DNA from: a virus
DNA length: 64,000 nt
IMG/VR virus record: IMGVR_UViG_3300037294_000176
Coordinates: 7,399 to 71,398 of that record
Reading direction: 5' to 3' (one strand)
The notes beneath the pieces are model-generated. The model had not been told where the DNA came from. It did no database searches and saw only the letters and a program-made list of their open reading frames with translations. The stretch's first letter is position 1, and each line of letters starts with the position of its first letter. The position numbers and the translations under genes were made by a program. Below, one piece after another: positions 1 to 8,903 of this stretch.

Positions 1-14
1 TGAAAGCGAATAAA

Positions 15-299
15 ATGAATACGCTTAAGAAATTAGCTCTGTGGCTTAAACTGCTGTTTTCTCGTACAAAGAGCTATCCTGACGTAGAATTGTCAACAAG
101 AAATACTGCGTACTTTGATACGTCTATCAAGGTGTCTATTGATAAGCCCCAGGTCAGTTTGGAAAGAGTTGTTCTGGAAAATGGTGAGGCGTATTCCTTG
201 ATCAGTGGCTATAAAGCCAAAGTAAACAAACGTGGTAGAACCATGTTCTTTAACAGTGGTGGTAAAGTTGTATCGAGTAAAGAAGCCTCTGGGTTTTAA
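15..299 (+). CDS. hypothetical protein
   Basis: 94-aa ATG ORF, co-oriented with all downstream genes; no motif recognised. Confidence 0.5.
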   Translation: MNTLKKLALWLKLLFSRTKSYPDVELSTRNTAYFDTSIKVSIDKPQVSLERVVLENGEAYSLISGYKAKVNKRGRTMFFNSGGKVVSSKEASGF

Positions 300-315
300 C
301 TGGGTGTCAAGACCT

Positions 316-483
316 ATGCCTACTGACGAGAACATTCATGTTATACCGCTTAACGATCTCCGTGAGCATGATGATAGTGTTCTCTGTTGGTGTTCACCTA
401 AACAAGACATCTTAGAGCCTTCCGTCTGGGTGCATAGTAGCGCCGATCGTCGAGAGGTTCACGAGAAAGGAATTATTAATTGA
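316..483 (+). CDS. small His/Cys-rich phage protein
   Basis: In-frame ATG at 316 within the 232..483 ORF; HVIPLNDLREH..CWCSP..WVH pattern; stop overlaps next start. Confidence 0.6.
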   Translation: MPTDENIHVIPLNDLREHDDSVLCWCSPKQDILEPSVWVHSSADRREVHEKGIIN

Positions 484-908
484 CAGTTCAACCGCATCCT
501 AGTGGCGGCTTAACAGCTAGTGCTAGACATGCTGCTGGAGGAGTCAAAGCTAAACAACGGCTCGCAATGCTAGGCTTTGATCCTATCCAAGAGCTAGTAG
601 ACCAGTATCGTGCACTTCAAGGCGAGCTGTTGTATCAAGAAGGCCGTCGTGATGGAGTTATTAAAGAATTTCTAGCAGACGGTATAAAGGAGCGTTCTTA
701 CAACGCTGAATACCATTTAGCCATCTATGATAAGTTGACTGGCATTGCTGACAAGCTGCTGAGGTATGGTTATGGGCGTGTCCCAGAAACCACGGTCTTA
801 GAGACCCTGCAGAAGACACCAATGATCATCAACTTGACAAAGAAAGGTGCTACTCACGTAATCAATCCTACAGATTTTGAGGAACCACATGATAACCTTC
901 CAGACTGA
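480..908 (+). CDS. putative terminase small subunit
   Basis: 142 aa, helical, TTG start coupled to the previous stop; position just upstream of TerL (positional inference). Confidence 0.45.
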   Translation: MTVQPHPSGGLTASARHAAGGVKAKQRLAMLGFDPIQELVDQYRALQGELLYQEGRRDGVIKEFLADGIKERSYNAEYHLAIYDKLTGIADKLLRYGYGRVPETTVLETLQKTPMIINLTKKGATHVINPTDFEEPHDNLPD

Positions 909-1188
909 GAAGGGCAAGAAGCTCTTAGAATTTCTTGAAGAAGAGTACGGGCTACCCACTAACACGAAAAGTTTTAGTCTGGAAATGGGTGTAGATACCG
1001 CTCTTACGATTGATTGCGTCTTTTATCCCGTGGACAGCGTAAGTAAGAGCACTTTTGAACAACTTAAAGAAGAACTCAGCAAAAAGCCTATTAGACTCCC
1101 TTGCAAAGAAAAGTTCGTTAAGACAGCTACTCTCACATTCGATACTGATACCGTTGCTGAAGACACTAGCCCTCCGTGGGTTGAGTGA
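889..1188 (+). CDS. hypothetical protein
   Basis: ATG at 889 after GAGGA; stop overlaps TerL start (TGATG). Confidence 0.6.
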   Translation: MITFQTEKGKKLLEFLEEEYGLPTNTKSFSLEMGVDTALTIDCVFYPVDSVSKSTFEQLKEELSKKPIRLPCKEKFVKTATLTFDTDTVAEDTSPPWVE

Positions 1189-2534
1189 TGGCTATTGAGC
1201 TTCATCCAGGACAGTCTGAAGTCTACGAAGACATGTTCATCAATAACGTGATGAAATATGGTGTAGTGTGTTGTTCGCGAGGGTGGGGTAAGAGCTATGA
1301 GGCCGGAGTTGCTGCCACAACAGCTATCTTTGAATTAATGGAGTTAGCACCCTGGGTGCCCCATAAGACGGTATACGTCATTGCACCCACCTACGACCAA
1401 GTCACTGAGATCTATTATCCCTTGCTTGCTTATGAGCTTGGGCTAGAGGCATATGCAATAAAGTCGTCCATGAGTGAAGGCCGATTCATATTTGAGAATA
1501 ACATTGAACTACGACTTATTTCTTATGAGTCAATTGAGCGTATGCGTGGTAAAGGTGCCTACTTTGTAGTGTGGGATGAGGTCTCTTCATGTAAGAAGGG
1601 GCTGAATCCTAAAGAAGCTTGGCAGTCGATTATTCAACCGTGTATCGTGACTCGCTGGTCCCCAGAACGTGCCAAAGCCTATGGTTCTAAGCACTCTGGT
1701 AGGGCCTTGATGATTAGCACACCTAAGGGATACAATTTCTTTTACGAGCTATTTAACAAGCAGGATAAGAACGACGACTGGAAGTCTTATCACTTCGATT
1801 ATCACTCATCCCCATACCTAGACGTAAACGAGATCAAGAAAATTCAGCAGGACATTGATCCTATTGAGTTTGCATCTGAGTACTTAGCCTCTTTCGAAGA
1901 CTCAGGTAATAACGTGTTCTACATGTTTAGTCGGAAAGACCACGTTAACAGAGAGATCGAGGATTTCTTTCTTCCCGAAGACGGTCAACAAGGCGAAGTA
2001 GTTCATGCGGCTATCGACTTCAACGTTGGTATCCAAGCAACAACTCTCTTTGCCGTTCGAGGAAACAAGATTGAGATAATTGATCAGATGAAGGGTCATC
2101 CAGATACGGAGACTCTCGCTATTGCCTTGAGCACTAAGTATAAAGGGCACAAGATTATTGCCTATCCAGATCCTTCCGGACGCGCTCGTAAAACCAGTGC
2201 CGCAGTGGGAGTCACCGACTTCAATATTTTGGAGCACTATGGGATACGCTGCTTGGCGCATAACAAGGCTCCTCCTATTATTGATTCAGTGCAAGCTGTC
2301 AACGCTAAGTTGAAGAACGCGGCTGGAACTATCAGTATAACTGTTCATCCACGCTGCGAAGGGGTTATTCAATCTCTAGAGCGGACTAAGTGGGTGGATA
2401 GCAATCCTGATACAGCAACAATTGACAAGAAAGAAGGTATTGAGCACTTTTCAGATGGCATTCGCTATGCTGTAGAGTACTTGTATCCTGTGAGGAACAG
2501 CAAGAAGCGAGCCGCTCGTGGTTTTAGCTTTTAA
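1188..2534 (+). CDS. terL: terminase large subunit
   Basis: Walker A SRGWGKS, APTYDQ, Walker B VVWDE, ISTPKG coupling motif, nuclease AIDFN and EHFSDGIRY. Confidence 0.95.
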   Translation: MAIELHPGQSEVYEDMFINNVMKYGVVCCSRGWGKSYEAGVAATTAIFELMELAPWVPHKTVYVIAPTYDQVTEIYYPLLAYELGLEAYAIKSSMSEGRFIFENNIELRLISYESIERMRGKGAYFVVWDEVSSCKKGLNPKEAWQSIIQPCIVTRWSPERAKAYGSKHSGRALMISTPKGYNFFYELFNKQDKNDDWKSYHFDYHSSPYLDVNEIKKIQQDIDPIEFASEYLASFEDSGNNVFYMFSRKDHVNREIEDFFLPEDGQQGEVVHAAIDFNVGIQATTLFAVRGNKIEIIDQMKGHPDTETLAIALSTKYKGHKIIAYPDPSGRARKTSAAVGVTDFNILEHYGIRCLAHNKAPPIIDSVQAVNAKLKNAAGTISITVHPRCEGVIQSLERTKWVDSNPDTATIDKKEGIEHFSDGIRYAVEYLYPVRNSKKRAARGFSF

Positions 2535-2543
2535 AGGACAACA

Positions 2544-2897
2544 ATGGAAGCTCAAGGCTTACTTGATATTGCGTATGGTATCATTAGCTTGCTGGCTGGT
2601 TGGATGTTCAAGCGTCTGTCGGACGATCTTAAAGAACTGAAGACTGCTGTCAAGGACGCAGACGACAAAGTAGATGTTGTAGCTTTGAATCTTGCTACTT
2701 ACTACCAAAAGAAAGAGGAGTTTGACAATATTGTCAGAACTTTTAATGAGAAGCTAGATAAGCTTGCAGGGCTTGAGGTCTTGTTGGCCACTAACTATGT
2801 AACTCATAAAGCTCATGAGCGTGGACTAGATGACACGTTTACCCGTTTAGACCGTATTGAAAACAAACTTGACAATAAGGTGGACAAAACTAAATGA
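2544..2897 (+). CDS. membrane-anchored coiled-coil protein (possible holin/antiholin-like)
   Basis: AAGGA RBS; N-terminal hydrophobic helix followed by a coiled coil ending RLDRIENKLD. Confidence 0.6.
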   Translation: MEAQGLLDIAYGIISLLAGWMFKRLSDDLKELKTAVKDADDKVDVVALNLATYYQKKEEFDNIVRTFNEKLDKLAGLEVLLATNYVTHKAHERGLDDTFTRLDRIENKLDNKVDKTK

Positions 2898-3388
2898 GGA
2901 CATGTCAGTGTGGGAACACCCAATATCAGGAAAGTGGTATGTACCCTGCATCATGTGTAGGCTGTGACAATTGTAAAACTACAGTTACAACACCTCATGA
3001 GAAACCTACGGAGCATGTTTGGCGGCTCCGTTATAGTATGACAACGGGTAAGCCCGAAAGCCAAGAATGCGTAAACTGCTACAAGCGAGATCGAATTATG
3101 ACTGATCAGTTAACTCTAAACCTTGTTGAAGAACAGCCTCATCCACGAGTGACTAAAGACCATCTGCATAGCATCATCGCTAAGTCAACCTACCTTCACC
3201 ATGATCTCTTGACTATCTGTGTACTCACCCTCACTAACGGCTTTACTGTCACTGGCGAGAGTGCTTGCGCTAGTCCCGAGAACTATGATCGCCATGTTGG
3301 TGAGACGTATGCCTACGAAGACGCCTTTAAGAAGCTATGGCCACTTGAAGGGTACCTCTTGAAGCAACGACTCTACAACAAAACCTAA
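2894..3388 (+). CDS. Cys-rich N-terminal region plus Phage gp49/gp66-like domain
   Basis: CxC/CxxC/CxxC N-terminus; C-terminal LTICVLTLTNGFTVTGESACASPENYD...WPLEGYLL typical of the gp49/66 family; internal in-frame ATG at 3098. Confidence 0.75.
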   Translation: MRTCQCGNTQYQESGMYPASCVGCDNCKTTVTTPHEKPTEHVWRLRYSMTTGKPESQECVNCYKRDRIMTDQLTLNLVEEQPHPRVTKDHLHSIIAKSTYLHHDLLTICVLTLTNGFTVTGESACASPENYDRHVGETYAYEDAFKKLWPLEGYLLKQRLYNKT

Positions 3389-3396
3389 GGGCTAGT

Positions 3397-3993
3397 ATGG
3401 CTAGAGCAAAACTTACAGCTACTTCTAATGACCTAGTCACTGACTCAGGTTCTGTGCTCTGGTCACTTGTCAAAGGCGAGCAGCTAGAGTACCCTATTCT
3501 TTTAGACTTCATGACAGACGCCACGGTGCAAGGTTACATCTTCGAGGCTGTTGTTATTGAAGCTTTCAATCTAGAAGGTCAACTTGACAGACCTTCTGTC
3601 GTAAGACCCTTTGGTGCTAAAACCACTTTAGGTGTTCGTAGACCTAACTTTGTAGGTGTTTGGAGTCCTATTCAACAGTATAACTTTGAAAATGTTGTGT
3701 TGTATATGGGTCTTTATTACAAGCTACTCACAGGAGCAGCAAGAGTAAATGCAGAGCCACCCGTTACTGACAGTGCGTGGGAAGAAACCGCGCTCAATAT
3801 TGTTAACTTGCAGTTCCCACTCAGCCTTGGCGATGACTGGAGTGTTAAACCAACCGTCAACAGTCCAGCCTATGGTTTCTTCGAGCTTCGCGTAAAAGAG
3901 CCTAACAATAGCATCTTTGTGCGTACCTGGAAACCTATCAGGGGTATGGTAGAGTTACATTACTCCCCTACTGACGAAGTAGTGGATGTGTAA
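3397..3993 (+). CDS. putative virion structural protein with small carbohydrate-binding-like motif
   Basis: WSPIQQYNFENVVLYMGLYY resembles the CBM5/12-type W...Y..V.Y.G..Y motif. Confidence 0.6.
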   Translation: MARAKLTATSNDLVTDSGSVLWSLVKGEQLEYPILLDFMTDATVQGYIFEAVVIEAFNLEGQLDRPSVVRPFGAKTTLGVRRPNFVGVWSPIQQYNFENVVLYMGLYYKLLTGAARVNAEPPVTDSAWEETALNIVNLQFPLSLGDDWSVKPTVNSPAYGFFELRVKEPNNSIFVRTWKPIRGMVELHYSPTDEVVDV

Positions 3994-3995
3994 TC

Positions 3996-5447
3996 ATGGT
4001 CAGGCGGGTGGATATCAAACTATCCTTTGCTTCCGTTGTTGCAAGGATAGCCAAAGCTAGTCCTGTAGCAAGTAAGACTGCTAAACCAGTTACTGCTTCG
4101 CTCACAGGCTCAGCGCTCACGAATACAGCTGTTGGTAACCTTAGCCTCAAGCTGAATATTGATAACGCAAACCAGCGTGAAGGTTTGTTCATTGAATACT
4201 ACGAGAGAACTACACCTGTTGAGGTGTTTAGCTTTGAGATTGCTTCTCTTAGAGTTGACACTTTACAGGCGTACTATAGCTTCTCGGCTACATTTACAAA
4301 GGTCATTGCGGAAACAGCATCTTTTGTAAGTGACACGTATTTGAGCTTCTTGACAGCTAGGCAAGACGCATCAATCCTGACAGCTAGCATTAGCTTGCAA
4401 CCGCATAAATTATTTTTCGAAATCGTCACTTACCTTGATACGTTTGCAATTGTACCGACTAAGGGCGTTAACGAACTACTAATTCCGGCTGAAGCTCTAC
4501 GCTTTAATGTTAGCGCCACCCTTATTGAGTTTTTCACAGCAACCGATGATATTCTCGGCGAAGCGTCTATCGATGATGAGCAAACAGCCTCAGTCGGTAA
4601 GTTTCTTGTGGACTACTATGGCTTGTCAGAGAGTATTGGTCTCTCTGTTGGCTTTATTCGCGATCAAATCACGGATACCTTCTCGCAGTCGGAATTAGTT
4701 AGTCTAGTTCCGAACAAAGGCGTACAAGATTATGTAGGCTCAGTTGAGTACTACGAGAAGGTTATAGGTAAGAACCCAGAAGACGTTCTTGCCCCGTCTG
4801 AAGTATTAGTGCGAGATATTTCTACAGTTCTTGCCCAAGACAGCTTTCTATATTCGGAAGTTGTCTTGGTGTCACAAGGTTACAGCCGAGACTTTGAAGA
4901 CTTTATTTATCCTGTTGGGTTTGCTGAAATTGTCTACATCAAAGCAAACTTCAACATTCTACCGCAAGACTACGTTGTCTATCCAGAAACACTGATCTAT
5001 AATCTGGACAGAGTCATGGCTGAGTCAGTTGTTATACAGGCTCCCGTTTACTTGACTGTTTCTAGGCCAGTAGAAGACAGTGTTTCAGGCTATGATTCCT
5101 TAGTATTCTCTGCCAGTCTTAGACCTACGGATGGCTTTGGTTGGGTTGAAGTTAGAACCGTTACTGTGTCTACGATAAAGACTGAGTTGACAACACTCAG
5201 CGAAGATTTCAATAAATTGGTTGAAAGTGTTATCTCTGAGCTAGTTGGCTCACAAGATAACCTGGCGAATTCTGCCAAGAAAGTTTTAGTAGATAACTCG
5301 GACTTGATTGAAGCTGTGAGTGCTTCCATGAATATCTCTGTAAATAACGTTAGTGCGATGGTTGAGGCTGTTGCCGCCACTATCTCTAATTACTTTGCAG
5401 CTGATTACACAGAGCCCGACTACGTCGGTTCTACCACCTATTTCTAA
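3996..5447 (+). CDS. repetitive acidic Ser/Val/Asp-rich putative structural (filament-like) protein
   Basis: 483 aa, quasi-periodic beta-type segments, C-terminal YFAADYTEPDYVG. Confidence 0.6.
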   Translation: MVRRVDIKLSFASVVARIAKASPVASKTAKPVTASLTGSALTNTAVGNLSLKLNIDNANQREGLFIEYYERTTPVEVFSFEIASLRVDTLQAYYSFSATFTKVIAETASFVSDTYLSFLTARQDASILTASISLQPHKLFFEIVTYLDTFAIVPTKGVNELLIPAEALRFNVSATLIEFFTATDDILGEASIDDEQTASVGKFLVDYYGLSESIGLSVGFIRDQITDTFSQSELVSLVPNKGVQDYVGSVEYYEKVIGKNPEDVLAPSEVLVRDISTVLAQDSFLYSEVVLVSQGYSRDFEDFIYPVGFAEIVYIKANFNILPQDYVVYPETLIYNLDRVMAESVVIQAPVYLTVSRPVEDSVSGYDSLVFSASLRPTDGFGWVEVRTVTVSTIKTELTTLSEDFNKLVESVISELVGSQDNLANSAKKVLVDNSDLIEAVSASMNISVNNVSAMVEAVAATISNYFAADYTEPDYVGSTTYF

Positions 5448-5456
5448 GGAAACTTT

Positions 5457-5909
5457 ATGATTAACGAAAAGATGCTGCTTAAGGGTACCTTGACCCTAAC
5501 GCTCACTGACGCAAACGGCCAGATTGTCTCCCATCATGCTGAAAACATGATTGTCACGACTGGACTGTCGTACATTGCGTCTCGTATGAGAGATGCCACG
5601 GCTACTGTAATGTCGCACATGGCTATCGGTTCTGGAACGGTCGCTGCTGCTACTGCTAACAGCGGACTCGGTACCGAACTCGGTCGCACCGCTTTGACTG
5701 GTACAACAATTGTTACGACAAATGTCGCTAATGATAGTGTTCAGTATGCTGCTACGTTTGGTGCAGGTGTTGGTACCGGTGCCGTTACTGAGGCTGGCCT
5801 TTTTAACGCTGCGTCTGCCGGTGTGATGCTCAGCCGTACTGTCTTCCCGGTCATCAACAAGGGTGCTCTTGATACCCTTACTGTGACCTGGAAAGTTACA
5901 GCGCAGTAA
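5457..5909 (+). CDS. virion fibre/structural protein
   Basis: AAGGA RBS; NMIVTTG...MAIGSGT...LGTELGR...TEAGLFN...LTVTWKV pattern of phage fibre-associated proteins; high-expression codon usage. Confidence 0.75.
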   Translation: MINEKMLLKGTLTLTLTDANGQIVSHHAENMIVTTGLSYIASRMRDATATVMSHMAIGSGTVAAATANSGLGTELGRTALTGTTIVTTNVANDSVQYAATFGAGVGTGAVTEAGLFNAASAGVMLSRTVFPVINKGALDTLTVTWKVTAQ

Positions 5910-5921
5910 GAGACACCCTTG

Positions 5922-6116
5922 ATGGTTGACATTACTACACGCCAAGTTTCGGGTGGCCCTGGAGTTACCGTCAAGGGCGGACCTCTAACAAACGAAGAAA
6001 TGGACGCTAACTTTATCAGTCTTCAAGAAGCCACGCAGAGGCCAGCAGCCGATGCTGACAGGGCTATCTTTGAGATACTAGGTATGAGCGCCATTTATAA
6101 TCTCACAACCGCCTGA
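5922..6116 (+). CDS. small fibre-associated protein
   Basis: KGGPLTNEEMDANF motif seen at the N-termini of phage fibre proteins. Confidence 0.6.
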   Translation: MVDITTRQVSGGPGVTVKGGPLTNEEMDANFISLQEATQRPAADADRAIFEILGMSAIYNLTTA

Positions 6117-6126
6117 GGAGGGCATA

Positions 6127-7842
6127 TTGACAACTACAGTAGCTGCCATCCAGTCGCTGATCAATAAGATCAACGCGCTAGTTACGGATCCAACTTTCGT
6201 CAAAGACAATGCCACAATGGTGGCGCTCCTGGCAAATGCCTCGACGCAACTTCAAGGTGGTGCTTCTCTTGAAGGGGAGATTCTAGCAAATATCCAAGTG
6301 ATTTTGGATACCTTTGACGCACAAACTAACACCGCTACTGTCGCACTTAACACCGCTACTGGCAACCAAACTACACTTATCACTGCTGCCCGTGATGCTG
6401 TTGTTGTAGCAAAGGATGCACTCATTGCTGCAACAGAAACTATCAACGGAATCAGTGTTAATACGACGTCTATCAAAACAACCGTAGAAACGTCCGGGGG
6501 ATTTATTACTGAGCTAGCCAGTCGCAAAAGCCCGTTACTAGCAAGACCTTTAGGTTTTCCGTCGCTACAGTTAGTGCCTGAGTCGGCAACCAGTGGTTAC
6601 CAATCTCAAAACTATGTCGCTGCTATCAATCTCTCTATCCTTGACCGACGCACAAGCAAAGTCTGGGCTGGTGGTATTCGCCCAGCTGGTGGAACGAATG
6701 TAAACGAACCTCGGCGCTTTGTATGTTCTTTTGACATTCCAACAAAGCAGTGGACAGTACACCTCGAAGTGTACCAGCCCGGCGCTGCAGTGATGCCAAC
6801 CGTTTTAATGCTTCCTATGGCACGGTCAGCAGCAGACAACACTACGGTTATCGCTAACACGTTCATTAACGATTGGTCAATGAGCGGCAGTTTTGACACC
6901 ATTAGTCCTACCACCATGCTTGTCTCAAATTCTGATAACTCGTTTACCACAGCGACTACAGTAAACTCTACCAACAATCGTCCACAAGTGTTAGGTTACA
7001 TGACTTACGATCGAGTTAACAAGACTTTGGTGTATATTGCCAACACAAGTGGTAATTGGACCATAAGTGGCGCACCCAGCGCAACCAGCCAAGTTCGCGA
7101 GCTGTTTGGGGACGGTACAACGCGCCAAGTTACGGGTAACATCGTGGGTCCGGTAGCCTACATGAACTATGTTCTCACCAATCCTGAACGTTTTTACATT
7201 CTGTCTGCGCCAGACTTGGATACAGCAACTACCTCCCCAGGCCTTAGTGCCCCTCGTAGGCGCACAGCTCTGAAGCACCCAGGCCCAGAAATATTGCAGT
7301 ACCGGCAAGGCTACAATAGTAGCTATGCCCACAACGTTGGCAATGAAGGTTCGTACAAGTTTCTTTACGGCGCTCACCAGCATAATATGCTACTAAATGA
7401 TCCAAGAACCCTTCAGTATACGCTTGGTCATGGGCTTCGTACGCCGCAATGGGTCATAAACGCTGATGGATCCGTTTCATTTCAAACGACATACTACTCA
7501 CCAATCACTGAGACCTACAACCAGCCTAACAGTTCAGCAACTGACAGTAACTCCGGCTTCAATTTAATCAACGATGGCTACGAGTTTGTCACAGTAAACT
7601 CTTTGGAAGACACCGTCCTGGCTGTTGGTAGAGTTAAGCCGCAGTACTCAGAAGCCTTTAAAACAACCTTCGTTCAAAGCCGGCTTGGCATTGGTGCTTA
7701 CTTTCCATGGTGTGTTGATTCGGTAACTAACACTGTTTTCTCATTCTGCGGCGAACGAGCCGCAGTCGTCGACAGTTCGAGCTCTACTACGGGCAATCCC
7801 TGGTGCAATCAGGCTGCCATCTCTGTTCAAAAGCTAGTTTAG
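6127..7842 (+). CDS. putative fibre / receptor-binding protein
   Basis: TTG start after GAGGAGG; N-terminal Ala/Thr coiled coil then a beta-rich Ser/Thr/Asn domain. Confidence 0.6.
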   Translation: MTTTVAAIQSLINKINALVTDPTFVKDNATMVALLANASTQLQGGASLEGEILANIQVILDTFDAQTNTATVALNTATGNQTTLITAARDAVVVAKDALIAATETINGISVNTTSIKTTVETSGGFITELASRKSPLLARPLGFPSLQLVPESATSGYQSQNYVAAINLSILDRRTSKVWAGGIRPAGGTNVNEPRRFVCSFDIPTKQWTVHLEVYQPGAAVMPTVLMLPMARSAADNTTVIANTFINDWSMSGSFDTISPTTMLVSNSDNSFTTATTVNSTNNRPQVLGYMTYDRVNKTLVYIANTSGNWTISGAPSATSQVRELFGDGTTRQVTGNIVGPVAYMNYVLTNPERFYILSAPDLDTATTSPGLSAPRRRTALKHPGPEILQYRQGYNSSYAHNVGNEGSYKFLYGAHQHNMLLNDPRTLQYTLGHGLRTPQWVINADGSVSFQTTYYSPITETYNQPNSSATDSNSGFNLINDGYEFVTVNSLEDTVLAVGRVKPQYSEAFKTTFVQSRLGIGAYFPWCVDSVTNTVFSFCGERAAVVDSSSSTTGNPWCNQAAISVQKLV

Positions 7843-7854
7843 GGAACCACGACA

Positions 7855-8304
7855 ATGATTCTTACTGATGGAGGTCTGGAAGTGAACGGGGCAATTTACC
7901 CCTATCATCCCAGCACGTTTGAGCCGTGGACTCTTGAAACCGCTGAGGAATTTCTCGCGCAAGTACAACTACCGCCAGCGGCAGAACAGGTGGCGATCAT
8001 TGAGCCTGTTCGAGTGTCTAAGGCTCGTTTTGGCGATCTCTTTACAACAGCCGAACATCGAGCAATGAACTTGATTCGTTGGCAAATAACGCAACTTACG
8101 CTAGACGATCGCGTTAACGCAGCAAATCCGCTGCCCGACGTGGAAGTTCTTTTTCAGAAGTTTGACTTACCAGCAGAGTTTATTGAGCTAGATAACGCTT
8201 TGACAGTTCAAGGTATTTCTGTTCTTGGCATGCTCGGTATTTTTGGCGGAAACGCCGTCACGCGGATTGAGGCAATTCTGTCTAATACCCTGCCTGAGGG
8301 CTAA
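7855..8304 (+). CDS. putative fibre assembly chaperone
   Basis: 149 aa, directly after the fibre-like gene; C-terminal TRIEAILS. Confidence 0.5.
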   Translation: MILTDGGLEVNGAIYPYHPSTFEPWTLETAEEFLAQVQLPPAAEQVAIIEPVRVSKARFGDLFTTAEHRAMNLIRWQITQLTLDDRVNAANPLPDVEVLFQKFDLPAEFIELDNALTVQGISVLGMLGIFGGNAVTRIEAILSNTLPEG

Positions 8305-8305
8305 A

Positions 8306-8677
8306 ATGATAACCCATTCAAAGGTAGAGCTAGTACAGCTTAGCAAAAATAGGTTCACACCTTCTGTCCCTATTGTGTATCAGCTAAACGGCTACCCTTT
8401 GACTACTGTCAATCCTGGGTTTGTCACTGACAAGACATCCTGGCCAGCAATTTTAAAAGCGTTGCTAGGCTGGACCCCAAAAGTGAAGCGATGGCTGAAA
8501 GATGAGCGTTATACTCCGGCAGCTATTCTTCACGATGCCCTTCTTGTGGATGGCAGCTTTTCAAAGGCTGAAATTGATTGGCTTTACATGGCAGCATTAA
8601 AAGAGGCTGGTGTTCCCTCATTTGAGGCTCATCTATTCTTTCTTGCTGTAAGATCAAAACGTAACCCAAGGATATAA
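8306..8677 (+). CDS. DUF1353-like protein
   Basis: In-frame ATG at 8306; PGFVTDxxSxP...YxxAAILHDxL...ID..Y..AL motif. Confidence 0.75.
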   Translation: MITHSKVELVQLSKNRFTPSVPIVYQLNGYPLTTVNPGFVTDKTSWPAILKALLGWTPKVKRWLKDERYTPAAILHDALLVDGSFSKAEIDWLYMAALKEAGVPSFEAHLFFLAVRSKRNPRI

Positions 8678-8678
8678 A

Positions 8679-8900
8679 ATGGACCTCCCTAAGTTAGATA
8701 GCAACGAGGAAACTATTGTTGACTCTCCTCCAGTAGTTTCGTCATCCGTAGACGTTGGGACGAGCGTATTTGAAAATTGCGTACCAGCCAACTGGAATAT
8801 CTCTGAAATTGAAGACGGTATTGTCTCTGCGGTCAACAACGTCTCTGGTGAAACATTCCAGGGCAATCTCTCGGACTTCAACAAAGCGCTGAGAGGCTAA
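8679..8900 (+). CDS. hypothetical protein
   Basis: 73 aa, tightly packed between neighbouring genes. Confidence 0.6.
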   Translation: MDLPKLDSNEETIVDSPPVVSSSVDVGTSVFENCVPANWNISEIEDGIVSAVNNVSGETFQGNLSDFNKALRG

Positions 8901-8903
8901 TAG

